A stretch of DNA of 64,000 nt, taken from Rhodocyclaceae bacterium (lineage in GTDB: Bacteria; Pseudomonadota; Gammaproteobacteria; Burkholderiales; Rhodocyclaceae). A program made the position numbers and the translations under genes. The notes under the pieces were generated by a model. The model made no database searches, had not been told where the DNA came from, and worked only from the letters and a program-made list of their open reading frames with translations. Shown piece by piece: positions 19,449 through 29,590 of the stretch. The stretch lies in NCBI GenBank assembly GCA_030681195.1, contig JAUXXJ010000047.1, forward strand, positions 19,643-83,642. Reading direction: 5' to 3'. How positions within the stretch are numbered: position 1 is the first letter of the stretch; each line of letters opens with the position of its first letter.

Positions 19449-20231
19449 ATGATTCGCTCGCTCTGGATTGCCAAGACCGGCCTGGATGCCCAGCAGACCA
19501 ACCTGGATGTGATTTCGCACAACCTGGCCAACGTCAGCACCAATGGCTACAAACGCCAGCGTGCCGTATTCGAGGACCTGCTATATCAGAACATGCGCCA
19601 ACCGGGCGCGCAATCGACGCAACAGACGCAGATTCCATCGGGCTTGTTGCTGGGTACCGGGGTGCGCCCGGTGTCGACCGAGCATATGTTTACGCAGGGC
19701 AGTGTTCAGCGCACCGATAACGCGCTCGACATGGCGATCAATGGCAATGGTTTTTTCCAGATCCAGATGCCCGATGGCACGCTGGCCTACACCCGCGATG
19801 GTGCTTTCCAGCGCGACAATACCGGGCAGATCGTCACCTCCAGTGGCTATCCGCTGTCGCCTGCCATTACCATTCCGCAGGATGCCATCACCATTACCAT
19901 CAGTCGTGACGGCATTGTCTCCGTGTTGCAGGCCGGCCAGACGACCCCTACCGAAGTGGGCAATGTCCAGTTGGCGACCTTCATCAATAATGGTGGCCTG
20001 CAAAGTGTCGGTGAGAACCTTTATGTCGAAACGGCATCAAGTGGTGCACCGACACCGAACACGCCGGGAAACAATGGCACCGGCCTGATCAATCAGGGCA
20101 ACCTGGAAACTTCGAATGTGAATGTCGCCGAAGAACTGGTCACCATGATTCAGACCCAGCGCGCCTATGAAATGAACTCGAAGGTGGTGACGACATCGGA
20201 TGCGATGCTCGGCCGCCTGACGCAACTGTGA
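19449..20231 (+). CDS. flgG: Distal rod protein FlgG
   Basis: [35 protein letters not shown], and C-terminus [22 protein letters not shown]. Confidence 0.96.
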   Translation: MIRSLWIAKTGLDAQQTNLDVISHNLANVSTNGYKRQRAVFEDLLYQNMRQPGAQSTQQTQIPSGLLLGTGVRPVSTEHMFTQGSVQRTDNALDMAINGNGFFQIQMPDGTLAYTRDGAFQRDNTGQIVTSSGYPLSPAITIPQDAITITISRDGIVSVLQAGQTTPTEVGNVQLATFINNGGLQSVGENLYVETASSGAPTPNTPGNNGTGLINQGNLETSNVNVAEELVTMIQTQRAYEMNSKVVTTSDAMLGRLTQL

Positions 20232-20236
20232 GGTGC

Positions 20237-20917
20237 ATGATGATCCTGATTGATCGCATTTTGATTGTGTTGTTACTCACCACGGCGGCCCTGCTGGCGG
20301 GCTGTGTAACCACCACCCCGGCGACGGCGGTGCATCAGCCGATGACGGTGCGTCCGGAAGCACGCAATGCGGCACCGGCTAATGGCAGTATCTATAGCGC
20401 TGCAACGGCCCGCCCGCTGTTTGAAGATCGCCGCGCTCGCCTGGTGGGCGATACGCTGACAATCAACATTGCCGAAAAGACGGCTGCAGCGAAGAAATCC
20501 GATACCAAGGCAGATCGAAGCCACTCCAGCCAGGCGTCGGTGCCTACGATTGTCGGTTTGCCCTTGAAGAGTTTCCAAGGCACGACACTGTCGGCAACCG
20601 GCAGCCATGCATTTGAAGGTTCGGGTGAAAACACCTCGTCAAACAACTTTACCGGTGTTCTGACGGTGACGGTCATCGAGGTCTATCCGAATGGCAACCT
20701 GCTGGTGTCTGGCGAAAAGCAGATCGGCCTGAAGGAAGGCGAGGAGTTCATTCGCTTCTCCGGTGTGGTGAATCCCACCACAATTACGGCTACCAACACC
20801 GTGCAATCGACCCTGGTGGCCGATGCGCGCATCGAATACAAAGCTAACGGCTTTATCGACACTGCCCAGGTCATGGGCTGGCTGGGCCGCTTCTTCCTGA
20901 CTTTCCTGCCTTTCTGA
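20237..20917 (+). CDS. flgH: L-ring lipoprotein FlgH
   Basis: Lipobox LLAGC and the conserved LFEDRRARLVGDTLTINI motif. Start is ATG 20237 or 20240; the ORF-track GTG is at 20228. Confidence 0.93.
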   Translation: MMILIDRILIVLLLTTAALLAGCVTTTPATAVHQPMTVRPEARNAAPANGSIYSAATARPLFEDRRARLVGDTLTINIAEKTAAAKKSDTKADRSHSSQASVPTIVGLPLKSFQGTTLSATGSHAFEGSGENTSSNNFTGVLTVTVIEVYPNGNLLVSGEKQIGLKEGEEFIRFSGVVNPTTITATNTVQSTLVADARIEYKANGFIDTAQVMGWLGRFFLTFLPF

Positions 20918-20928
20918 GAGCTTTCAAC

Positions 20929-22035
20929 ATGAACGCTGTGCATAAATTCCTGATTGGCCTGATGTGGCTGTTTGCCGCCCTGATGGTGAGCGATGCGGCC
21001 CGTGCCGAACGCATCAAGGAAATCGCCTCGATTGCCGGCGTGCGCAGCAACCAGCTGGTCGGCTACGGCATTGTGGTGGGGCTGGATGGCACCGGCGAGA
21101 ACATGCCTTTCACGACGCAAAGCATGGTGAATATGCTCTCGCGCATGGGGGTTTCCCTGCCGCCCGGGCAGACGATGCAGTTCAAGAATGCCGCTGCGGT
21201 GATGGTGACGGCCGACCTGCCGCCGTTTGCACGCTCAGGCCAGCCGCTGGATGTGACGGTATCCTCAATCGGCAGCGCCAAGTCCTTGCGCGGTGGCACG
21301 TTGATCATGACGCCGCTCAAGGGCGCGGATGGCAATGTCTATGCGATGGCGCAAGGCAATCTCGTGGTCAGCGGTGCGGGCGCCTCGGCGGCCGGTTCGA
21401 AGGCGACGGTGAATCATCTGGCGGTGGGGCGGATTGCCAATGGCGCGACGGTGGAACGCGAAGTGCCGATGAATATCGGCGATGGCGAGATGGCACATTT
21501 TGAGTTGCGACGCACGGACTTTGGTACTGCCCAGCGCGTGGTGGACGCCATCAACAAGGCGATGGGCAAGGGCACGGCCACGGCGATGGATGCGCGTCAG
21601 ATTCAGGTGCGGTTGCCGCAAGACCCGACGCAGCGCGTGGCCTTCTTGGGTGCAGTGGAAAACCTCAATGTCACGCCCATGCAGATGCCGGCCAAGGTGA
21701 TTGTGAATGCGCGAACCGGCTCTGTCGTGATGACGAAGGCCGTGATGCTTGACGAATGCGCGATTGCGCATGGCAACCTGTCTGTTTCGGTCACGGCGGA
21801 TAATCAGGTGGTTCAACCGGGCGCACTGGCGGGGGGGCAGACCGCCGCAGCAACCAATGCCACGATCGACATCAAGCAAGAGGGTGGCGCCTTGATGACC
21901 CTGAAGGCGGGCGCTAACCTGGCCGATGTCGTCAAGGCATTGAACGCCATCGGCGCGAACCCTCAGGATCTCATCGCCATCTTGCAGGCGATGAAAATGG
22001 CGGGCTCGCTGCGTGCCGAGCTGGAAATCATATAA
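20929..22035 (+). CDS. flgI: P-ring protein FlgI
   Basis: Signal peptide followed by RIKEIASIAGVRSNQLVGYGIVVGLDGTGE. Confidence 0.96.
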   Translation: MNAVHKFLIGLMWLFAALMVSDAARAERIKEIASIAGVRSNQLVGYGIVVGLDGTGENMPFTTQSMVNMLSRMGVSLPPGQTMQFKNAAAVMVTADLPPFARSGQPLDVTVSSIGSAKSLRGGTLIMTPLKGADGNVYAMAQGNLVVSGAGASAAGSKATVNHLAVGRIANGATVEREVPMNIGDGEMAHFELRRTDFGTAQRVVDAINKAMGKGTATAMDARQIQVRLPQDPTQRVAFLGAVENLNVTPMQMPAKVIVNARTGSVVMTKAVMLDECAIAHGNLSVSVTADNQVVQPGALAGGQTAAATNATIDIKQEGGALMTLKAGANLADVVKALNAIGANPQDLIAILQAMKMAGSLRAELEII

Positions 22036-22062
22036 GCAGGGAGCTCGGCAGGTTTTGCCGGC

Positions 22063-23076
22063 ATGATTGAGCGATTGCCGGCCAACGGAGCAGGCAATCT
22101 TGACACCATGAATAGCGCAACCCCGCTGCCCTCGATTTTTGATACCCAGTCGCTTGCCGGCCTGAAAAATGGCTTGCGCAAGGATGACCCGCAGGCCTTG
22201 AAGGCAGCGGCCCAGCAGTTTGAGGCGATCTTCCTGCAGATGATGATGAAGTCGATGCGTGCCGCCTCGCCGCAAGACAGCGTTTTCGACAGCGATCAGT
22301 CGCGTTTCTATCAGGAACTGCTTGACTCCCAGTTATCCCAGGTGATGTCTGCCAAGGGCGGGACGGGGTTGGCGGCCGTGATTGAGCGGCAGCTTGCCGG
22401 GGCCGGTTTGGGGACGGCGACCGAGTACCCGGATGGTTTGCCTTTGATACCCCTGCCACGTGATTTTCCGCTGGGCACGGGGCAGCGGGGTTTGCCATTG
22501 CCCAAGGATGGCGTCCCCCGCCCCTTGCCCCTCGAAAACAGCCCGGTTCGCCCCATTATGCCCATTGCGCCGACAATATCCGGCGCGGCGCCGGGTGCGG
22601 CCACGCCGGAGAACCAGGCGCAGGCCTTTGCCAGCCATATGTGGCCACAGGCCGTCATGGCCAGCCAGACAACCGGTATCCCCCCGCAATTTCTGATCGC
22701 CCACGCCGCGCTGGAAAGTGGCTGGGGCAAGAGCGAGCCGCGTTTTGCCGATGGACGGCAAAGCCATAATCTTTTTGGAATCAAGGCGGGCAGCAACTGG
22801 CCCGGAGAAACCGTCGAGTCGGTGACGACCGAGTATGTGAATGGCGTGGCCGAGCGGCGCGTCGAGCGCTTCCGCGCCTATGGTTCCTATGCCGAGTCCT
22901 TTGAAGACTATGCCCGGCTCCTCGCCCAGTCACCGCGCTACGCTGCTGTGGTGGGCAGTCAGGATGCCTCAAGTTTTGCACGCGGCCTGCAACGGGCCGG
23001 CTATGCGACCGATCCGGCCTACGCCAATAAGCTCATGCGGGTAATCGGCAACCTGGAACAGAAGCTCACCGGGTAA
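22063..23076 (+). CDS. flgJ: Rod-binding peptidoglycan hydrolase FlgJ
   Basis: N-terminal rod-binding motif (AAQQFEAIFLQMMMKSMR) and a C-terminal glucosaminidase domain (FLIAHAALESGWGKS...NLFGIK...YATDPAYANKL). Confidence 0.92.
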   Translation: MIERLPANGAGNLDTMNSATPLPSIFDTQSLAGLKNGLRKDDPQALKAAAQQFEAIFLQMMMKSMRAASPQDSVFDSDQSRFYQELLDSQLSQVMSAKGGTGLAAVIERQLAGAGLGTATEYPDGLPLIPLPRDFPLGTGQRGLPLPKDGVPRPLPLENSPVRPIMPIAPTISGAAPGAATPENQAQAFASHMWPQAVMASQTTGIPPQFLIAHAALESGWGKSEPRFADGRQSHNLFGIKAGSNWPGETVESVTTEYVNGVAERRVERFRAYGSYAESFEDYARLLAQSPRYAAVVGSQDASSFARGLQRAGYATDPAYANKLMRVIGNLEQKLTG

Positions 23077-23089
23077 AGGACTGGGTAGC

Positions 23090-23105
23090 TGGCATGTAGT
23101 GTGCT
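23090..23105 (+). promoter_or_regulatory. Candidate sigma54 promoter upstream of flgK
   Basis: TGGCATgtagtGTGCT in the flgJ-flgK intergenic region. Confidence 0.45.
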
Positions 23106-23130
23106 TGTTATCGGGTGGAGGGAGCGTGAC

Positions 23131-23157
23131 TCAAGCGCCCTCTGGCTGAACCGATAA
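23131..23157 (+). promoter_or_regulatory. Candidate sigma28 (FliA) promoter upstream of flgK
   Basis: TCAAG-N14-ACCGATAA compared with the consensus TAAAGTTT-N11-GCCGATAA, with matching spacing. Confidence 0.4.
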
Positions 23158-23176
23158 TCAAGCAAGGTGAAAAATC

Positions 23177-25366
23177 ATGAGTGTTCTGAATATTGGCATT
23201 ACAGGCTTGCGCGTTGCGCAGGCAGGCTTGATGACAACCAGCCACAACATCGCCAATTCCTCGACGGTGGGTTACAACCGTCAGGTCAACATTCAGGCCT
23301 CGTCGCTACCCAATTACACCGGATATGGTTTCGTCGGGCAGGGCGCCAATGTGTCGTCCGTGCAGCGGGTTTACAGTGAATACCTGACCACCCAGATTCT
23401 CGGAGCTGAAGCCAATGTGGGTGAGTTGGACATGTACCTGATGCAGGCGCGGCAGATCGATAATTTGTTGGCCGATCCGAATGCCGGCCTGTCTCCTGCA
23501 CTTTCAGAATTTTTTAGGGCAACTCAGCAGGTGGCTGCGGATCCCGGTTCGATTCCGGCGCGCCAGTCGATGCTCTCATCGGGGCAGGCGCTGGTGGCGC
23601 GCTTCCAGTCGCTCGACCAGCGTATGAGCGAGATTCGCCAAGGCGTCAACACCCAGTTGATCAACGAGGTGTCAGTAATCAATGCGTACGCCAATCAGAT
23701 TGCCGAACTGAATGATCGCATCGTGCGCGCCACGGCGATAGCCCAAGGTCAGCCGCCCAACGATCTACTGGATCAACGCGATCAGTTGATTCGCCAGATC
23801 AACAAGGAAATCCGTGTGTCGGTGGTGCCCGAAACGACGGGTAGTTACAACGTGTTTATCGGGACGGGGCAGCCGCTGGTAGTTGGCACGACAGCTTTCC
23901 AGTTTGAAGCGGGCGGGGTATCAACAGAGGATCCCGAGCGCATTACCGTGAGCATGGTGTCGCCCAATGGCGCAAGAATCCTGATTCCTGAATCTCTGCT
24001 TCAAGGCGGCCAACTGGGTGGCCTGCTGAATTTCCGCAGCCAGACGCTGGATGTGGCCCAAAATGCGCTGGGCAAGGTCGCCATGGCCGTTGGCATGACC
24101 TTCAACTCGCAGCATCGACTGGGCATTGATCTGCAAGGCATGGCGGGGCTGGATATGTTCGTTGTGCCTCAACCCCAGGTGCTGGCCAATGCCAAGAACA
24201 CCAGTGGTGCAAATATTACGGCACAGATTATTGATAGCGACTATAAGATTGATTTTGGCGCTGGCACGATTACCCGCCTGTCGGATGGTCTGGTGGGTGC
24301 GATTGGTGCGACGCCCCCCTTTGATGGTCTTACCATCAATCTGACCTCCGGTGCTCCCGGCGGAACCGACGTGTTCATCATCAAGCCGGGTAACCCGCCG
24401 GCGCAGCGCGTGTTTGGGCAATCCGATAACACGGGTAATGCGGTCTATAACGTCGTGGGCACCAACCTGCAGAGTTTGCCCACGATTGCCAGCGATTATC
24501 GTTTGTCAGTATTGGATGGCGCAGGAACCCTGAGCCTGGTCCGGCTGGCCGATAACAAGGTTTGGACGGCGACGGATATGGCTGATTTGCAAACCAAGCT
24601 TGCCCAGGATCCACAGGGATTTCTGATCGACTGGTTTGGAACGCCCCCCGTTCCTCCTTCGCCCCCCGTGCCTGGCGAGTCCTTCCTCATTATGCCGACG
24701 CGCAATGCTGCAAAGAACATGAGCGTTGCGATTTCGGATGCGGTTAAAGTTGCTGCTGCAGCTCCCTTCCGTACCGAATCCAGCCTCACCAATAAGGGGT
24801 CGGGCAAGATTGATACAGGTAGTCTGCTGGCATTGGACCCCACTCGTGTTCCCGTGATTGGCGCGGTGACCATTACCTATGATGCGACGGCTAACAGCCT
24901 GGAATTGACTGGCGGGATTACCACGACGATCCCCAATTTTGTTCCCGGGCAGCCGAATGTGCTGGTGATCAACGGGATGCGTTTTACTATTTCAGGTACG
25001 CCTGCCGATGGCGATACTTTCCTGATTGAGGCCAACCTTAATGGGGTTTCGGACAACCGCAATGTCATTGCACTAGGCAATTTGCAGGGCAAGGCGGTGT
25101 TGGGCAATGGATCGGCAACCTATCAGTCAGCTTATGGGCAAATCGTCAGTTTCGTTGGCAACAAGACGCGTGAAGCTGAAGTGACCGGCATGGCACAGCA
25201 AACCCTGGCCGATCAGGGGGAGATGGCACGCCAGCAACTCTCCGGAGTGAATCTTGATGAAGAGGCAGCGAACCTGCTGAAGTTCCAACAGGCCTATCAG
25301 GCGTCTGCCAAGATCATGGAAATTGCCGGACGCATGTTTGATGAACTGCTCGCGCTAGGCCGCTAA
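23177..25366 (+). CDS. flgK: Hook-filament junction protein FlgK (HAP1)
   Basis: MSVLNIGITGLRVAQAGLMTTSHNIAN N-terminus, and C-terminus GVNLDEEAANLLKFQQAYQASAKIM. Confidence 0.94.
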   Translation: MSVLNIGITGLRVAQAGLMTTSHNIANSSTVGYNRQVNIQASSLPNYTGYGFVGQGANVSSVQRVYSEYLTTQILGAEANVGELDMYLMQARQIDNLLADPNAGLSPALSEFFRATQQVAADPGSIPARQSMLSSGQALVARFQSLDQRMSEIRQGVNTQLINEVSVINAYANQIAELNDRIVRATAIAQGQPPNDLLDQRDQLIRQINKEIRVSVVPETTGSYNVFIGTGQPLVVGTTAFQFEAGGVSTEDPERITVSMVSPNGARILIPESLLQGGQLGGLLNFRSQTLDVAQNALGKVAMAVGMTFNSQHRLGIDLQGMAGLDMFVVPQPQVLANAKNTSGANITAQIIDSDYKIDFGAGTITRLSDGLVGAIGATPPFDGLTINLTSGAPGGTDVFIIKPGNPPAQRVFGQSDNTGNAVYNVVGTNLQSLPTIASDYRLSVLDGAGTLSLVRLADNKVWTATDMADLQTKLAQDPQGFLIDWFGTPPVPPSPPVPGESFLIMPTRNAAKNMSVAISDAVKVAAAAPFRTESSLTNKGSGKIDTGSLLALDPTRVPVIGAVTITYDATANSLELTGGITTTIPNFVPGQPNVLVINGMRFTISGTPADGDTFLIEANLNGVSDNRNVIALGNLQGKAVLGNGSATYQSAYGQIVSFVGNKTREAEVTGMAQQTLADQGEMARQQLSGVNLDEEAANLLKFQQAYQASAKIMEIAGRMFDELLALGR

Positions 25367-25383
25367 GGATTGAGGAGACTGTC

Positions 25384-26745
25384 ATGAGAGTCAGCACCAG
25401 TATGGTTTTTGATGCCGGCGTGCGTACCATTAATGCGCAAACCAGCAAGCTTTTGCACCTGCAGCAGCAAGTGGCAACGGGCCGCCGTATTGTGACGCCC
25501 GCCGATGATCCTGTGGCTGCGGCCCGCGTCCTTGAGTTGACTCAGGCGAGTGATGTTGTTACGCAATTTGCGCGCAATCGAGAAAGTGCCCAAGGCTCAC
25601 TGGCCATGGAAGAAAGCCAACTGACCGGGGTTGGCGAACTGGTGACGCGGGTGCGCGAGTTGGCCGTGCAAGGCGGGAATGGCTCCCTGACAAGAGAAAA
25701 CCGACGCGCTATCACGGCCGAGTTGCGGGCGCGTTTTGAAGAGTTGATGGGGTATGCGAATGCCCGCGACGGTAATGGCAAATACATGTTTTCCGGCTAT
25801 ATGGGGGATACCCGGCCGTTTAGCGGGGCGGTCGAAACGGCAGTGCAGGGAGGCGTTACCTATCAGGGCGATGACGGGCAGCGCCTGTTGCAGGTTTCTC
25901 CTTCGCGCGTGCTCGAGATCAGTGACTCTGGCAAGGATATCTTTCAGCGTATCAAGAACGGTAACGGGACCTTTGTTACGGATGTGAATATCGCTAACAC
26001 CGGTACAGCAGTAATTGACGGGGGTGCAGTGACCGACCCCACTCGGTGGAATGCTTCTCCGACGCATCAGGCCCAGATCAATTTTTATGTGGACTCCACG
26101 GTCCAGCCACCGGTCACCTACTACGATCTGATCGATACCGATCCGGCCAGTCCCGGCAATGGCACTTCGCTGCTGACTGGGCCAGGTCCTCTGGTTGCCC
26201 CAAGCACCAATCCGGGTCCCCCGCCGGTATTTTCAGGCGCGCCGGGATTACGCACCTATACCAGCGGGCAGGCCATTCAGTTCAAGTCATCGCCTACGGA
26301 ACCCAATACATTCGACCTTGGATCGAATGTATTGATTAACGGTGCCCCCGGGGATGGGGATTCGTTCACGATTGAACCCTCAACGACTCAGGATTTGTTC
26401 AAGACTCTGGCAACGCTGATTGTCGATCTTGAAGATGCCACCTCGAATGACGCCCAGCATGCGTTGCTGACGAACCGCATCGGCTTTGCGCTGACCAACC
26501 TGGATCAGGCCGAGCAAAACATCCTGCGCGTACGTGCCCAGGTGGGATCACGTCTGCAGGAGGTCGACAGCTTGCAGGCCATCAACGAGGATATTCAGAT
26601 TCAGTATCAGCAGTCAATTTCAAACCTGCAGGATCTTGACTATGCAAAGACAATCAGCGATCTGACCCGTAAGCAGACTGACTTGCAGGCCGCCCAGCAG
26701 TCGTTTGTGCAGGTCTCCCGGCTTTCCCTGTTCAACTATTTGTGA
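25384..26745 (+). CDS. flgL: Hook-filament junction protein FlgL (HAP3)
   Basis: MRVSTSMVFD...ATGRRIVTPADDPVAA flagellin-like N-terminus, and C-terminus QSFVQVSRLSLFNYL. Confidence 0.92.
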   Translation: MRVSTSMVFDAGVRTINAQTSKLLHLQQQVATGRRIVTPADDPVAAARVLELTQASDVVTQFARNRESAQGSLAMEESQLTGVGELVTRVRELAVQGGNGSLTRENRRAITAELRARFEELMGYANARDGNGKYMFSGYMGDTRPFSGAVETAVQGGVTYQGDDGQRLLQVSPSRVLEISDSGKDIFQRIKNGNGTFVTDVNIANTGTAVIDGGAVTDPTRWNASPTHQAQINFYVDSTVQPPVTYYDLIDTDPASPGNGTSLLTGPGPLVAPSTNPGPPPVFSGAPGLRTYTSGQAIQFKSSPTEPNTFDLGSNVLINGAPGDGDSFTIEPSTTQDLFKTLATLIVDLEDATSNDAQHALLTNRIGFALTNLDQAEQNILRVRAQVGSRLQEVDSLQAINEDIQIQYQQSISNLQDLDYAKTISDLTRKQTDLQAAQQSFVQVSRLSLFNYL

Positions 26746-26747
26746 GG

Positions 26748-27284
26748 ATGCCGATCGTGATGCCGTCTCGCCAGCGCCGACTTTTTTCCTCCGCCTTGAT
26801 GGCGTCACTCCTGATCGCTGGTTGTTCAAGTACCCCACAAAATGAAAATGTCCGTGGTGCGAGTAGCCAGGTGACGAATGCGGCGGCGGATGTGGTCGCT
26901 GAAGTTCTTGGCGCGCCACTGATTCCCGATATCCCGGTCGTCATCGGGCCTTCTGTCACATACCCGCTCGAAAAGCTGGTGTATTGGGGCATGTGGGCGG
27001 GTGCTGCTTATCTGATCCTCGACCCGCTATCCCCCAACTGGCAGATTGAAGAGGCGCGTTTTCCCGAGAACCATGTCCGTTTCCAGCTGGCCATGAAGCG
27101 CTATTACACAGGTGGAGCAGGTGAGGCGCGAGTGATCTTCCACCGTCGTGCCAAGGAGTTGATGCGTGCAGGCGGGTTTGGCAGCTACGAGGTGGTCGAG
27201 TATTCGGAAGGGATGGAGTCATCCGTGCTCGGTTCGCAGCGCGTTGCCGAGGGGGTGGTGCGCTTCAAGAAGTCGGCCGGCTGA
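26748..27284 (+). CDS. Putative lipoprotein of unknown function
   Basis: Signal peptide with lipobox (MPSRQRRLFSSALMASLLIAGC). Start is ambiguous (ATG 26748, 26760 or 26799). The charged n-region is encoded by a copy of the dispersed 26-nt motif. Confidence 0.55.
   Translation: MPIVMPSRQRRLFSSALMASLLIAGCSSTPQNENVRGASSQVTNAAADVVAEVLGAPLIPDIPVVIGPSVTYPLEKLVYWGMWAGAAYLILDPLSPNWQIEEARFPENHVRFQLAMKRYYTGGAGEARVIFHRRAKELMRAGGFGSYEVVEYSEGMESSVLGSQRVAEGVVRFKKSAG
26761..26787 (+). repeat. Dispersed 26-nt motif, copy 6
   Basis: tgccgtctcgccagcgccgactttttt, after the flgL stop. Encodes PSRQRRLF at the start of the lipoprotein ORF. Confidence 0.9.
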
Positions 27285-28073
27285 TCAGGCTCCACCCGCT
27301 GCGCGCATGACCTGCGCCATGGCGCGAAATGCCTGGTCGAAGAGTGTTTCCATGGCTGCCCCGAAGTAGGGGATCGAAAACATCAGTACGATAAAGCCCG
27401 AGAACAGCGTGACCGGGAAACCCACCGCGAAGATGTTGAGTTGCGGCGCGACGCGTGCCAGTACGCCCATGGCCAGGTTCGTGATCAGCAGCGCGGTAAT
27501 CAGGGGCAGGGCGAGCAGCAGGCCGGATGAGAACATCATGGAGGACCAGAGCAGCAGCGCCGAGAAGCTGCCGGCACTGAAAGGCGTGACGGAAACCGGC
27601 AGCAAGCGGAAAGTCTCGGCCAGCACCGATAGCGTCAGCAAGTGCCCGTTCATGGCGAGAAAGATCAGCGTGGTGAGCAGGCCGAGAAATTCGGAGAGTA
27701 CGGGTGTCTGGCCGCCATTCTGCGGGTCATAGGAAACGGCAAAAGACAGACTCATCTGCATGCCGATCAGCGTGCCGGCGACATCAATGGCGGCAAAGGC
27801 GATGCGCAGCGTGAAGCCGAGCAACACGCCGATCATGATTTGTTGGGCGATGATGATCAGACCAATCCACGACCCTGGCGAGACCGGCGGCATGGGCGGC
27901 AATACCGGGATCAGTGCGACCGTGATGACGAGGCCGACACCCAGCCGGACACGTGCCGGTTGTGCGACGTTATTGAAGACCGGGGCGCTGGCGAGTAGTG
28001 CGAGAATCCGCGTCAGCGGGAAGATAAAGGCGACCAGCCAGGCGTCCAGTTGTGCGCTGGTGAAGCTGATCAT
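27285..28073 (-). CDS. fliR: Flagellar export gate protein FliR
   Basis: 262 aa polytopic membrane protein downstream of fliQ, with a typical FliR N-terminus (LDAWLVAFIFPLTRILALLASAPVF). Confidence 0.93.
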   Translation of the reverse strand: MISFTSAQLDAWLVAFIFPLTRILALLASAPVFNNVAQPARVRLGVGLVITVALIPVLPPMPPVSPGSWIGLIIIAQQIMIGVLLGFTLRIAFAAIDVAGTLIGMQMSLSFAVSYDPQNGGQTPVLSEFLGLLTTLIFLAMNGHLLTLSVLAETFRLLPVSVTPFSAGSFSALLLWSSMMFSSGLLLALPLITALLITNLAMGVLARVAPQLNIFAVGFPVTLFSGFIVLMFSIPYFGAAMETLFDQAFRAMAQVMRAAGGA

Positions 28074-28085
28074 CCGCTTTGCTCG

Positions 28086-28355
28086 CTAGCCGATCAGTGA
28101 AGGAATCGATCCATACAGGCGCCGCATGAAATCGGTCAGTGTGGTGATCATCCAGGGGCCGGCCACCACCATGGTGGTAAAGACAACGATCAACTTTGGT
28201 ACGAAGGACAGGGTGGCCTCGTTGATCTGGGTGGCGGCCTGAAAAATCGAGATCAGCAGGCCGGTCACCAGGGCAGCGATGAACAGCGGCGCGGAGATCA
28301 TCAACGTGACTTCGACAGCCTGACGGCCAATATCAATGACGGTGGTGGGGGTCAT
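28086..28355 (-). CDS. fliQ: Flagellar export gate protein FliQ
   Basis: 89 aa with two TM segments, between fliP and fliR. Confidence 0.93.
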   Translation of the reverse strand: MTPTTVIDIGRQAVEVTLMISAPLFIAALVTGLLISIFQAATQINEATLSFVPKLIVVFTTMVVAGPWMITTLTDFMRRLYGSIPSLIG

Positions 28356-28367
28356 GGCAAATTTCCT

Positions 28368-29123
28368 TTAACCGAAGCTGGCGACCAGTGAGCCAATCAC
28401 AAGCTGCCAGCCATCAACCAGCACGAACAGCATGATCTTGAACGGCAGAGCAACAATGACCGGTGACATCATCATCATGCCCATCGACATCAGTACCGAT
28501 GCAACGACCATGTCGATGATAAGAAAGGGAATGAAGATGATGAATCCGATCTGGAAGGCGGTTTTGAGTTCGGAGGTGACAAAGGCCGGGATCAGGACGC
28601 GCATCGGCACGTCATCGACCGTAGCCGGTGTCGGGCTTTGCGAAATTTTGGTGAACAGGGCAAGGTCGGCATCGCGGGTCTGCTTGAGCATGAAGGCACG
28701 CAACGGTACGGCGCCGCGTTCGAGTGCCTGCATGAAGGTGATCTTGTTTTCGGACAAGGGCTGGTAGGCGTCGACGTAAATCTTTTCACCCACCGGGGCC
28801 ATGATGAAGAAGGTGAGGAATAGGGCGAGACCGACCAGCACCTGATTGGGCGGCGAAGTCTGCGTGCCGAGCGCGTGGCGCAGCAGGGAGAACACGATGA
28901 TGATGCGCGTGAAGCTGGTCATCATCAGGATCATGGCCGGCAGGAAGCTGAGACCGGTGATGAGCAACAGCGTCTGGATCGAAAGCGACCACTGGGTACC
29001 TCCCCCTGCGCTCGGCGTGCTGGTGATGGCGGGTAACGCTTGTGCGTGGGCCAGCGCCGGCAGCAGCGCCAGCGTGGCAATCAGCGCTAGACCCAGCCAG
29101 CGCGGCAACTCAGCCCTTGCCAC
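28368..29123 (-). CDS. fliP: Flagellar export gate protein FliP
   Basis: Signal peptide plus conserved [39 protein letters not shown]. Confidence 0.96.
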   Translation of the reverse strand: MARAELPRWLGLALIATLALLPALAHAQALPAITSTPSAGGGTQWSLSIQTLLLITGLSFLPAMILMMTSFTRIIIVFSLLRHALGTQTSPPNQVLVGLALFLTFFIMAPVGEKIYVDAYQPLSENKITFMQALERGAVPLRAFMLKQTRDADLALFTKISQSPTPATVDDVPMRVLIPAFVTSELKTAFQIGFIIFIPFLIIDMVVASVLMSMGMMMMSPVIVALPFKIMLFVLVDGWQLVIGSLVASFG

Positions 29124-29535
29124 GGTGTTGTACTACCTGTTTAAGCCAGGATGAAAAATCACCACCTGCCAGTGTTTGGGGAGAAGTGGGTACTTCCTGT
29201 CGGGGGATTTCGGCCAGCGTTGAAACTTGTCCCGGGGACACCCCCAGCACCAGCCAACTGTTGCCCAGTTCAAGAATGACCACCCGTTCGCGCGGACCGA
29301 CGGAGACGCCGGCAACAACCCGCATCAATCCGGCAATGGCGCCGCGCGGCTGACTGATACGCTTGAGCAGCCACAAAGTGCCCACCAGCAGCCCGAGGAC
29401 GACGAGCAGGCCAAACACCATTTGCAGCGCGCTGGCGCCCAGATCGGGAGGGGTATTTGATGCGGTCTCTGCGGCAAGTGCGCAGGGCGCAGCCAACAGC
29501 AGGACAAGCGATAACAGACGTGACGACATGGCCAC
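29110..29535 (-). CDS. fliO: Flagellar export protein FliO
   Basis: Small single-TM protein overlapping the fliP start. FliO-like segment ([28 protein letters not shown]). Confidence 0.75.
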   Translation of the reverse strand: MAMSSRLLSLVLLLAAPCALAAETASNTPPDLGASALQMVFGLLVVLGLLVGTLWLLKRISQPRGAIAGLMRVVAGVSVGPRERVVILELGNSWLVLGVSPGQVSTLAEIPRQEVPTSPQTLAGGDFSSWLKQVVQHRGKG

Positions 29536-29590
29536 GAAGCTTATGCTTCGCCCACTGTCGCGATGACAGAATTAGAGGGGAAAAGTCCGG

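Noticed and set aside
29544-29578. Two small hairpins (CGAAGC-TTAT-GCTTCG and CTGTC-GCGAT-GACAG) in the fliN-fliO intergenic region.
   Set aside because: The stems are short, there is no U-tract, and the hairpins lie within an operon. They may be mRNA structure, but there is too little evidence for a feature or function.
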